Below are positions 1 through 7,540 of a stretch of DNA of 37,594 bases, one piece after another. The position numbers were made by a program, and so were the translations under genes. How positions within the stretch are numbered: position 1 is the stretch's first letter; the number at the start of each line of letters is the position of its first letter. The stretch lies in the UHGV virus genome UHGV-0218009; one strand, given 5' to 3'. Source of the DNA: a virus. The notes below the pieces were generated by a model. It was not told where the DNA came from and did no database searches. It saw nothing but the letters and a program-made list of their open reading frames with translations.

Positions 1-6
1 CATACT

Positions 7-16
7 TTGACCATAC
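7..16 (+). repeat. TTGACCATAC integrase arm-type site candidate (copy 1; a further copy TGACCATAC spans the junction 37591..37594+1..5)
   Basis: Exact 10-mer is repeated at 211..220 and 223..232. The wrap-around sequence ...aaaaATGAC|CATACtttGACCATAC forms a second tandem dimer. Confidence 0.55.
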
Positions 17-160
17 ACTTTAAGAAAATATAGAAACTATCAGAACATAGGATTTAATACAAATCCCTATTTTATAAGTGTTGAAGAAAATTAGGGATTG
101 TTAGAAAAATTAAATTTTAAAGTATCAGTTTATCCAGTAGCCAACTAGTGTAATAGCTCA

Positions 161-193
161 AGCCTTTGTTTATCAAAGGTTTGGGCTTTTTTT
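161..193 (+). terminator. Stem-loop (cctttg/caaagg) plus T7 run; rho-independent terminator inside the attP region
   Basis: Hairpin 163..179 followed by ttttttt 187..193. May be the 3' end of a host target gene or tRNA duplicated in attP. Confidence 0.45.
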
Positions 194-210
194 GTTGGTT
201 TGAAAAATAT

Positions 211-232
211 TTGACCATACTTTTGACCATAC
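211..232 (+). repeat. Tandem dimer of TTGACCATAC (12-bp spacing) abutting the integrase stop; arm-type binding sites
   Basis: TTGACCATACttTTGACCATAC, 4 bp from the int stop codon. Confidence 0.55.
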
Positions 233-235
233 TAG

Positions 236-1390
236 TTAAAAGCCGATGTATTTTGATAGTTTTTCGGTAGTTTTTTCTTTTCCATCATTTGTTAGATGTG
301 TATAAGTATCTAAAGTTGTTTTTATGTTTGCATGTCCTAATCGTTCCTGAACTTCTTTATGATCTGCACCAGCATAGTATAATAAAGATGCATGCGTGTG
401 TCTAAATCCGTGAAGCCCAATGTTTGGTAAGTTAGCCTTTTTACGATAAATATTGTATCTATCTGTAATAGCTTGATTTATTGTAAATTCATTTTCTTCA
501 TTGGTGAAAATACGTGAGGGTTGTGTATAACCAAGTTTAAGAAGATATTTTTTTTGCTCTAATTTCCATTTTTTTAAGATAGTTATTGTTTTTGCATCTA
601 ATATTAGTGTTCTGTTTGATTTTTTTGTTTTTGGAGTATTTGATACATAATAATGGTCAGATTTAGCAATTGTTTTGTTGATTTGTAGTTCACCAGTTTT
701 AATGTTTAAATCGTCCCAAGTAAGAGCTAACAACTCCCCTATCCTACATCCACTAAAAGCTAATAATCTGAATAATGTATAATCTCTTATTGTAATGTAG
801 GTACTTTCACTTTGTTCAATACTTTTTAAAAATATTTGAAGTTGATCTTTTGTATAGAATTTAATTTTCTTTTCTGATGTAATAATATCTTGATTTTTAG
901 GAACTATTACATTAATCACTGGGTTTTGATTGGTAACCCCTATGTTAATAGCGAATTTGAAGACTTGATTCATATAATTTATAAAAAGGGGATATTGTTT
1001 TGAACTACCTTTTGAATGCCATGTATTCACGATTTTCTGACAATAAGCAGTTGAAATTTTTGATATTTCAATTTTTCCAAATGAAGGTAGTATGTGTTTT
1101 CTGAAGATTATTTCTGTTCGAGAGTAGCTACTTTCTTTTACGGTATTTTTATAATTTTCTAGCCACATAAATGCTACTTCTTGGAATGTTATATTAGTGG
1201 AAGAGGGAATGCCATTTTTTTGAATTTCCATTTCTAACCTTGCTAATGCAATTTTAGCCTCTTTTTGAGTGCGAAATCCTCTCTTAGTTGTATACTTCTT
1301 TTTTCCAGTTAGCGGATCGGTACCAAGATATGTTTTGAAGTACCATGCTTTTTCACCATTCTTTTTTTTATATTGTTTTATCATTGCCAT
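236..1390 (-). CDS. int: Tyrosine-type site-specific integrase
   Basis: C-terminal catalytic box ...HGFRHTHASLL...LGHANIKTTLDTYTHL (R..HxxR..Y). N-terminal SAM-like arm-binding domain. Position at the genome end next to the att repeats. Confidence 0.92.
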   Translation of the reverse strand: MAMIKQYKKKNGEKAWYFKTYLGTDPLTGKKKYTTKRGFRTQKEAKIALARLEMEIQKNGIPSSTNITFQEVAFMWLENYKNTVKESSYSRTEIIFRKHILPSFGKIEISKISTAYCQKIVNTWHSKGSSKQYPLFINYMNQVFKFAINIGVTNQNPVINVIVPKNQDIITSEKKIKFYTKDQLQIFLKSIEQSESTYITIRDYTLFRLLAFSGCRIGELLALTWDDLNIKTGELQINKTIAKSDHYYVSNTPKTKKSNRTLILDAKTITILKKWKLEQKKYLLKLGYTQPSRIFTNEENEFTINQAITDRYNIYRKKANLPNIGLHGFRHTHASLLYYAGADHKEVQERLGHANIKTTLDTYTHLTNDGKEKTTEKLSKYIGF

Positions 1391-1455
1391 AAAATTCTCC
1401 TTTCGAACATACGTTCTTTTGTATTTTAAAAGAAAAGCCAGAAGGCTAATCTTGA

Positions 1456-1923
1456 TTAATTATTTAAATTATTTACTAATTCATTTCCTGAAACTAATAA
1501 ATAAATAAGGGTTGCTCCAGAATTTTCCTCACCATCCCATTCGTAAATAGCTTTTATTCTGCCGTAATTGACATCATTACAGGTTACTATCCATCTATTT
1601 TTATTATTAATATAATTTAAAGCGACATTCCATGTATCTTTTCCTCGATATTTTAGAGTGTATCCTCTATCTTCACAATCAAGTTGGGTATAAGATATGA
1701 GAGTTTGTTCCTGTTTTTCAGTAATAGAAGATACTTCTTTTTCTTGGTTATCATATATTGAGTTAGTCTGATATGTTTCTTCCAAAATAACTGATGACGA
1801 GGTTTCTTGATTATTCTCAATTGACGAGCTTTGTCTGTCAGTCTCATATTCGTTTGAGGAATCACATGCCGCTAATACTAAACAAGATAGTAGCATTGAG
1901 AAAATAATATTTCTTTTTTTCAT
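1456..1923 (-). CDS. Lipoprotein (lipobox LAAC) co-oriented with the repressor operon; candidate superinfection exclusion protein
   Basis: Signal peptide MKKRNIIFSMLLSCLVLAAC|DSS, then an S/T/Q/E-rich linker and a compact C-terminal domain. A small terminator-like hairpin (agcc-ttct-ggct + T tract) lies 3' on the minus strand. Confidence 0.6.
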   Translation of the reverse strand: MKKRNIIFSMLLSCLVLAACDSSNEYETDRQSSSIENNQETSSSVILEETYQTNSIYDNQEKEVSSITEKQEQTLISYTQLDCEDRGYTLKYRGKDTWNVALNYINNKNRWIVTCNDVNYGRIKAIYEWDGEENSGATLIYLLVSGNELVNNLNN

Positions 1924-1964
1924 AAAACTAAAACTCCTTATTTAATAATAAAATTATTCATGTA

Positions 1965-2459
1965 CTAGTAATAACTATAGTAGCTATTATAGTCTGCTGT
2001 TTCTTTCAAATAATCCCAATCAACATAGCGTTCAGCCCATTCAGGAACACCACAACTTTTTAATAAACATTCTCGTGTAGGGTATTCTGCTAGATTAATT
2101 CCATGCAGCAACAACTCAACCATAAAAACGTTTGCCTCATATTCGACACCATAGATAGTGAAATTTCTTCCTTGTCTAGTTAAGGTTTGCGTATTAGTGT
2201 CATGCCCACAACAATGATGTCCTAGTTCATGGCAACAAGTTTCAAAATTTTCTTGGTCTGTGTTATTGCAATTTAAAATAATAATAGGAATTCGTAAAAT
2301 ATGTGAACGATACCCCATAAATTCCTTACCAAGATCATCATAATCTATATGGATTCCTAAATAGTTTGCTAACTCATAAGGATTTTTTGTATTGAATTTT
2401 TTCACATATTTATTTACCATTTTTCTAATATCATTTCTAAACACAATGTCACACCTCAC
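1965..2459 (-). CDS. ImmA/IrrE-family zinc metallopeptidase (anti-repressor protease)
   Basis: HEXXH motif CCHELGHH. Overlaps the upstream XRE repressor gene by 4 nt. Classic ImmR/ImmA pairing. Confidence 0.8.
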   Translation of the reverse strand: MRCDIVFRNDIRKMVNKYVKKFNTKNPYELANYLGIHIDYDDLGKEFMGYRSHILRIPIIILNCNNTDQENFETCCHELGHHCCGHDTNTQTLTRQGRNFTIYGVEYEANVFMVELLLHGINLAEYPTRECLLKSCGVPEWAERYVDWDYLKETADYNSYYSYY

Positions 2460-2896
2460 TCGGCTTTGTTGCTACGGTATTTTTTAGGAGTGAATTTCTC
2501 TTTGGCAAGAATTTTGGAGCGACGTACGGTTCTTTCTAAAGAATCACGTAATAATTCAGCATCTTCTTCATCGATTTCAACTCCACCGTTTTTCAGAAAT
2601 GCTAAAGAATTTTCATTGCTAAGTCCATTTATTAAATCTTCTAATATCAGTTGTACATCTTTTTCATCTTTTTTATTGAATTCAAGTGTATCAGTGCGAC
2701 CTAGTAAGTAATCAGTAGTTACACCGAAATAATCGGCTAATTTTTTTAATGGCTCTATAGAAGGATTTTGTTTATCCCATTTTCCTATTGTTCCATTTGC
2801 AATATGAAGTTTACGTTCTAATTCAGCAATAGTGATTTTTCTTTGTGCTGCTAATTGCTTTATTCTATCTTTGGTATTCATTTTAGATTCCTCCAA
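2456..2896 (-). CDS. XRE-family HTH repressor (cI-like / ImmR-like)
   Basis: N-terminal HTH (KDRIKQLAAQRKITIAELERKLHIANGTIGKWDK). Divergent from cro. RBS GGAGG upstream. Confidence 0.85.
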   Translation of the reverse strand: MEESKMNTKDRIKQLAAQRKITIAELERKLHIANGTIGKWDKQNPSIEPLKKLADYFGVTTDYLLGRTDTLEFNKKDEKDVQLILEDLINGLSNENSLAFLKNGGVEIDEEDAELLRDSLERTVRRSKILAKEKFTPKKYRSNKAE

Positions 2897-2920
2897 AAAA
2901 ATACAAAAATAGATATTTAG

Positions 2921-2952
2921 CTATTGACAAATAGATAAACGGCTATTATACT
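2921..2952 (+). promoter_or_regulatory. Rightward sigma70-like promoter (TTGACA-17-TATACT) within an operator-like box ctaTTGACAAATAGata
   Basis: -35 at 2924..2929 and -10 at 2947..2952. The same TTGACAAATA(AT)AGATA box recurs inverted at 3059..3080. Confidence 0.55.
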
Positions 2953-3049
2953 GAATGTGTACTTATGAGAGGGTACAAAAAGATAGCAGTTATAGGTGTC
3001 AAATAGGCTAAAATATTTATTTAGTATTTAGTTTATTTGCTATGCACTT

Positions 3050-3080
3050 ATAATAGCTAACTATCTATTATTTGTCAACG
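3050..3080 (-). promoter_or_regulatory. Leftward sigma70-like promoter (TTGACA-17-TATTAT on the minus strand) within the inverted copy of the operator box
   Basis: Minus-strand -35 at 3073..3078 and -10 at 3050..3055. The geometry is face-to-face with the rightward promoter. Confidence 0.5.
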
Positions 3081-3115
3081 GTTTTAGTTGAAAATCTATA
3101 GGAAGGAGATAAATT

Positions 3116-3316
3116 ATGGTATACGAAAAAATTAAAAAGTTGGCAATTGCTAAAGGTGTTTCAATCTATAGGGTTGAAAGAGATGCAGGTTTGTCTAATG
3201 GGGCAATAAGTAAGTGGGGAAAAACTGCTAATCAGACTCCATCATCTGAGAGTCTAAAAAAAGTAGCAAAATATTTCAAAGTATCAATGGAATATCTACT
3301 AGAAGATGAAAAATAG
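3116..3316 (+). CDS. Cro-like XRE HTH regulator
   Basis: 66 aa HTH (IAKGVSIYRVERDAGLSNGAISKWGK). Strong RBS GGAAGGAG. Divergent from the repressor. Confidence 0.85.
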   Translation: MVYEKIKKLAIAKGVSIYRVERDAGLSNGAISKWGKTANQTPSSESLKKVAKYFKVSMEYLLEDEK

Positions 3317-3328
3317 GAGGTGTAATTT

Positions 3329-3613
3329 ATGCAGTTAAACATTCCTGATGAAATGGTTCAAAACGAATTAGCAAATAACATTACTTTCATAGTATTAAAA
3401 GAAATTGAAAATCGTTTGAATTTATTGTCTAAAACCATTGAATTACCACCATATCCTAACAAATCGCAAGTAAGAAAGATTTTAGAGATTGGCGATGAAA
3501 AATTGAATAATTGGATTTCAAAAGGTTTAAAAATTCAACAATGGAGTAATCAGGATATTCGGATTGAACGATCTGAATTACAAAGATTTCTAAAAGAAAC
3601 TTTTGAAATTTAA
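3329..3613 (+). CDS. Excisionase-like / MerR-type winged-helix DNA-binding protein
   Basis: C-terminal segment SQVRKILEIGDEKLNNWISKGLKIQQW...IRIERSELQRFLKE resembles the HTH_17 excisionase fold. Function inferred. Confidence 0.45.
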   Translation: MQLNIPDEMVQNELANNITFIVLKEIENRLNLLSKTIELPPYPNKSQVRKILEIGDEKLNNWISKGLKIQQWSNQDIRIERSELQRFLKETFEI

Positions 3614-3627
3614 AGGAGGAAAAGAAG

Positions 3628-4350
3628 ATGGAAAATCTAGTAATTACGAAAAACCAACAAGCAGTAACAACTAGTTTACAAGTCGCAGAAACGTTTAATA
3701 AAAATCATCGTGATGTTTTAGCAGCGATTGATGATTTAAAAGAGGGGGTTGCGGAAAATTACGCAGACCTATTTTACGAAGATAGCTATATTCATCCACA
3801 AAACAAACAAAAATATAGACAAATCATTATGAACCGTGATGGATTCACGTTACTAGCAATGGGATTCACTGGTCAAAAAGCTCTTAAGTTTAAACTGAAA
3901 TATATTGAAGCTTTTAACCAAATGGAGGAACTGCTCAAAACTCAATCAAACTTACCGATTAATAACACAGAATTGTTATTAGAAGCTGCGTTAAAACATG
4001 AACGTGGATTGACTCTTGTAAATCAACGTTTAGATAAGCTAGAAACAGAAACAACAATTAATAGAAGCCAACAACGAAAGATACAAGGACTAGTTTCATC
4101 AACTGTTATCAAAGTATTAGGTGGCAAAAAAACATCGGCTTATAAGGATTCAAGTATTAAGCAATCAGCATTTAGTAATTGCTATAAACAATTGAAAGCA
4201 TTATTCGATGTAGCCTCTTATGTAGATATTCCAAAAGTTCGATATGAAGAAGCATTAACTCTAATTCCTAAATGGAAGCCTGACTTGGAATTACAAGCAA
4301 GAATTGATATGGCTAATGGAAACGGAGATATGTTTAAAGAAGTGAGTTAG
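3628..4350 (+). CDS. Phage regulatory protein Rha family
   Basis: N-terminus ...NQQAVTTSLQVAETFNKNHRDVLAAIDDL is the hallmark of the Phage_pRha domain. Confidence 0.75.
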   Translation: MENLVITKNQQAVTTSLQVAETFNKNHRDVLAAIDDLKEGVAENYADLFYEDSYIHPQNKQKYRQIIMNRDGFTLLAMGFTGQKALKFKLKYIEAFNQMEELLKTQSNLPINNTELLLEAALKHERGLTLVNQRLDKLETETTINRSQQRKIQGLVSSTVIKVLGGKKTSAYKDSSIKQSAFSNCYKQLKALFDVASYVDIPKVRYEEALTLIPKWKPDLELQARIDMANGNGDMFKEVS

Positions 4351-4363
4351 ATCAGTAAATAAA

Positions 4364-4384
4364 AGGATAAGCCTAACTTATCCT
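4364..4384. terminator. Bidirectional stem-loop (aggataag/cttatcct) between convergent genes
   Basis: 8-bp perfect stem with a 5-nt loop, between the Rha gene (+) and the minus-strand ORF 4384..4566. Confidence 0.5.
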
Positions 4385-4566
4385 CAGTTAAAAGTAGTAT
4401 CAACAATGATTGCTTTTGGATTCATATCATTCTTAATGGATTCAATGATTTCTAAAACAGAAGATTTGTAGTAGTAAGTTTTGCTTGATGCGATTATTTC
4501 ATTTTCTTCAGTTTTAATCAAAAAATAGTATTTTTTATCAGAAGCTCGTTTAATCACAAAAAACAT
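4384..4566 (-). CDS. YegP/DUF1508-like small protein, reverse-oriented within the early operon
   Basis: KKYYFLIKTEENEIIASSKTYYYKSSVLEIIESIKND matches the DUF1508 repeat pattern (KFYFxLKAxNGEVIxxSEGYxSKxxxxNGIESVKKN). Confidence 0.5.
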   Translation of the reverse strand: MFFVIKRASDKKYYFLIKTEENEIIASSKTYYYKSSVLEIIESIKNDMNPKAIIVDTTFN

Positions 4567-4618
4567 TTTTGCACCCCACTTTCAATTGAATTATATCAAA
4601 ATATAGGAGGTTAACAAC

Positions 4619-4813
4619 ATGAAAGCAATTCGAGAAACACGATTGATAGGCGCATTTTTATTGATGATTGTGCTAGGTGTGTTATTGAAAAGCCACTTTT
4701 CAGTTCCAGTGTTGGCAACAATAAGTGTACCTCTTTTTATCCGTTGGTTTTTCAACTGGGACGAAGCGGAGTATCAGCATTTTCAAAAAAAGACAAAAAA
4801 AGCCCCACTTTAG
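4619..4813 (+). CDS. Small membrane protein (one TM helix), hypothetical
   Basis: Strong RBS AGGAGG. Hydrophobic LIGAFLLMIVLGVLL. Confidence 0.55.
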   Translation: MKAIRETRLIGAFLLMIVLGVLLKSHFSVPVLATISVPLFIRWFFNWDEAEYQHFQKKTKKAPL

Positions 4814-4885
4814 TTAGAGCTAAAGCAGGGAAAATAAAGTAAATAGAATCTAAATAAATTATATCACAGAAAGGAAGGCAATAAA

Positions 4886-5293
4886 ATGTCAAAAAATATT
4901 AATGTTCCTTTAAGTGGGATTAGTGAGGGAGGATTACAAGAACGATTTGATTATGAGCTTGCTCAAGTCATTAACAATATAAATGATCCTAATACAGATC
5001 CTACAAAAAAGAGAAAGATAACAATTGATTTAACGATTATTCCAGACGAATATCGTGAAGATATTTTGATTGATTATCAAGTGAAATCTAAATTAGTTCC
5101 AAGAGAAGCATTAACTTCAAAAATTATTATTGGTCAAGATGGTAAAGGAAAACCGTTAGCAAATGAATTGAAAAGTGGACAACGAGGCCAGATGTATTTC
5201 GATCCAGATGATTCTGAATTGAAAGATGATAAAGGCACACCAGTAGAAGAAATTGAAGAAACAGATAAAATAAAAAAATTTAAAACAAACTAG
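4886..5293 (+). CDS. Hypothetical early protein (135 aa)
   Basis: RBS AAAGGAAGG. No recognisable motif. Confidence 0.6.
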   Translation: MSKNINVPLSGISEGGLQERFDYELAQVINNINDPNTDPTKKRKITIDLTIIPDEYREDILIDYQVKSKLVPREALTSKIIIGQDGKGKPLANELKSGQRGQMYFDPDDSELKDDKGTPVEEIEETDKIKKFKTN

Positions 5294-5305
5294 GAGTGAA
5301 ATATT

Positions 5306-6049
5306 ATGTCAGAACATTTAAAAGAAGCTTTAGCGTATGCAGTAAGATTACGTGATGACCAAAAAATTATTTATAAAGAAGAGGAAAAAGTATTTTTTGA
5401 TCGTTCAAAAGCGGATTTAGTTGAACTCGATCCAATTAAACGAGCAGAAACACTCACAGTTAATTCTTTATCTGGATTAATTGGTTATCTACAATCAAAA
5501 TTTTCCCATGAAGAAGTTACGTCAAAATTATTAATTCATGTTGAAAGCCCAACAAACGTTGCTGTTTATTCAGCTTTAGATGCAGACCGTAAGCGTGAAA
5601 AAATTATTGAAGCAAAAGCGTTATTAGAAGTGTTTCCATATAGTCGCTTTATGGATTCAGAAGAATTTATTATTAATGTTCAATCTCTTATTCAACGTGA
5701 TCTTGATGCAAAAGCTATTCTGGAATGTGCCAGCGCTATTCGAATTGAAGGTGGGGGAGATTTAGTTGATAACGGAGTTTCTCAAGTTGCTACAGTAAAA
5801 GAAGGAGCAGCAACGCTTACAAAAGCAGAAGTACCTAGTCCAGCAAATTTAAGACCTTATCGAACATTTTTAGAAGTTGAACAGCCAGATAGCCCATTTG
5901 TTTTTAGAATCAATAAATATGGTCATTGCGCATTGTTCGAAGCAGATGGTGGGATTTGGAAACATGTAGCTATGGAACGTATTCATGAATATTTAACTCA
6001 ATCTTTAAATGAGTATGTTGAAAAAGGTTCAGTAACAATTATTGCGTAA
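5306..6049 (+). CDS. Hypothetical early protein (247 aa)
   Basis: RBS AGGAGTG. No recognisable motif. Followed by a 10-bp stem-loop. Confidence 0.65.
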   Translation: MSEHLKEALAYAVRLRDDQKIIYKEEEKVFFDRSKADLVELDPIKRAETLTVNSLSGLIGYLQSKFSHEEVTSKLLIHVESPTNVAVYSALDADRKREKIIEAKALLEVFPYSRFMDSEEFIINVQSLIQRDLDAKAILECASAIRIEGGGDLVDNGVSQVATVKEGAATLTKAEVPSPANLRPYRTFLEVEQPDSPFVFRINKYGHCALFEADGGIWKHVAMERIHEYLTQSLNEYVEKGSVTIIA

Positions 6050-6059
6050 ATAAAAAAAG

Positions 6060-6086
6060 CCTCACTCGTGTTTTTGACGAGTGAGG
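6060..6086. terminator. 10-bp stem-loop (cctcactcgt/acgagtgagg) with an A7 tract on its 5' side
   Basis: Perfect inverted repeat. The U tract falls on the minus-strand side only. Confidence 0.4.
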
Positions 6087-6121
6087 ACACATACAAAATG
6101 AACTAAGGAGAGTATACCAAA

Positions 6122-6445
6122 ATGAACGATAAAATTCAAAATTTATTAATGGAACTTGTAAAAGAATGCCAGAAAGGAGAAGTTGCGCTTGTTTTAGCAA
6201 CTGTTGATCCAGAAAGAATGTACCTATCCAGTGTTTTACTTGCAGGTTCTTTGCCTGAACAAGCAATTGCATTTAGTGAATTATTTGAAACACTTAAAGA
6301 AAAAGCACTTGCTCATGATTGTGATTGTCCGCAATGTAAACAAATAAAAGAATCATTTATTGGTGCAGAATCATCTTCAACTAAACAAAACAATGAGGAA
6401 AAACTAGATACATTGTTAAAAGATTTTTTACGAGGTGAGTTGTAA
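6122..6445 (+). CDS. Hypothetical protein with a CDC-x2-C motif (107 aa)
   Basis: RBS TAAGGAGAG. HDCDCPQCK. Confidence 0.6.
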   Translation: MNDKIQNLLMELVKECQKGEVALVLATVDPERMYLSSVLLAGSLPEQAIAFSELFETLKEKALAHDCDCPQCKQIKESFIGAESSSTKQNNEEKLDTLLKDFLRGEL

Positions 6446-6558
6446 TGACTAGAAAAGAAAAGTTAAATCAAGCAAAAAGATTAGCTGATTTATGGTACAA
6501 ACAACAAAAAAGTCAACTATACATTGCGCAACAAAAAGAGCGCAGAGGGATTGCATGA
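6445..6558 (+). CDS. Small basic ORF (37 aa), not in the ORF track
   Basis: taATG coupling with the upstream stop. RBS GAGGTGA 6 nt upstream. Confidence 0.35.
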   Translation: MTRKEKLNQAKRLADLWYKQQKSQLYIAQQKERRGIA

Positions 6559-6624
6559 TGAAAAAAGCGACTATGCCGCCAAGCAATTAGTCGCAAAAAC
6601 ATATATTGATAGGGGAATTATATC

Positions 6625-6879
6625 ATGAAAGTAGAATTTGATTCAATTGGGAGAATTCATTTACTTGATGAATCTTCGCCATATGGTTCTTTAATTTTTG
6701 AAAAAGACATTGAAAACGATCATGTTGCTGTGTATCAAGATAGCGAAGATGAAGAGGTTAGATTTGCATTTGAAAGTTTAGATGAATGTGCTTATTTCAA
6801 AAAATCTGAATTAATTGAAGGATTAGAAAAAGTTCTTTCATTGTTGAAAGAGGAGGAACGAAATGAATACTTGCAGTGA
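6625..6879 (+). CDS. Hypothetical acidic protein (84 aa)
   Basis: ORF lies within the co-directional early operon. Confidence 0.5.
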   Translation: MKVEFDSIGRIHLLDESSPYGSLIFEKDIENDHVAVYQDSEDEEVRFAFESLDECAYFKKSELIEGLEKVLSLLKEEERNEYLQ

Positions 6880-7540
6880 AAATTTAGAAAAACTTTTTGA
6901 TGGTATGTATAAATTAAAAAGTAAGTTAACTCAACCGAAATTTGATGCAGAAGTTGCCTATTCGACTAAAAAAGGAGCAATGAATTTCCAGTATGCCACT
7001 CTTAAAGCGATTGAAGAAGCGATTAGAAAAGCTGCGCAAGAATCCGAAAGCGGAATTGATTTTCAACAAAATGTTGTCAATGAAAATAATGCGTTAAAAG
7101 TTACAACAATTATCACTCATATAAGCGGGCAATATATCATTCATGGTCCATTTGAATTTCCTGATAGCGGAACAAATCCTCAAGGATTAGGAAGTTTAAC
7201 AACATATGCAAGACGTTATTCGCTTTCGGCAGCATTTGGAATAGCAGCAGATAAAGACGACGATGGCCAAACGGCAGCTGAAAAGAACAGCGATACTCCG
7301 AAAGTTAATTTGATTAGCGGTAAACAGTTAGCTACGTTGAATGATCATATCCGACAACTTTCTGAATTATCAAATTCTGAACTTGATTATGTACGCAATG
7401 AACTAAGTAAAGAATTAAATATAGATGTCAATGAAAACATGCCAGCTAGCATGTTCAATAAAGCTATTGGAGTTTTGAGGAAATGGATACAACAATTCCA
7501 GCCACAACCAGAAGAAAACATTACATGGGGGCAAAAATAA
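6863..7540 (+). CDS. erf: ERF-family single-strand annealing recombinase
   Basis: ...FQYATLKAIEEAIRKAA... and GLGSLTTYARRYSLSAAFGIA are ERF signatures. RBS GAGGAGG. Confidence 0.75.
   Translation: MNTCSENLEKLFDGMYKLKSKLTQPKFDAEVAYSTKKGAMNFQYATLKAIEEAIRKAAQESESGIDFQQNVVNENNALKVTTIITHISGQYIIHGPFEFPDSGTNPQGLGSLTTYARRYSLSAAFGIAADKDDDGQTAAEKNSDTPKVNLISGKQLATLNDHIRQLSELSNSELDYVRNELSKELNIDVNENMPASMFNKAIGVLRKWIQQFQPQPEENITWGQK

Noticed and set aside
1269-1508. Plus-strand 79-aa ORF overlapping the integrase 5' end
   Set aside because: It is embedded antisense in int and the int-lipoprotein spacer. It has no RBS and its product is a hydrophobic low-complexity sequence.
1653-1865. Minus-strand 70-aa ORF inside the lipoprotein gene
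   Set aside because: It is an alternative frame of a well-supported lipoprotein CDS.
2466-2711. Plus-strand 81-aa ORF antisense to the repressor gene
   Set aside because: It overlaps the cI-like CDS completely and has no translation signals.
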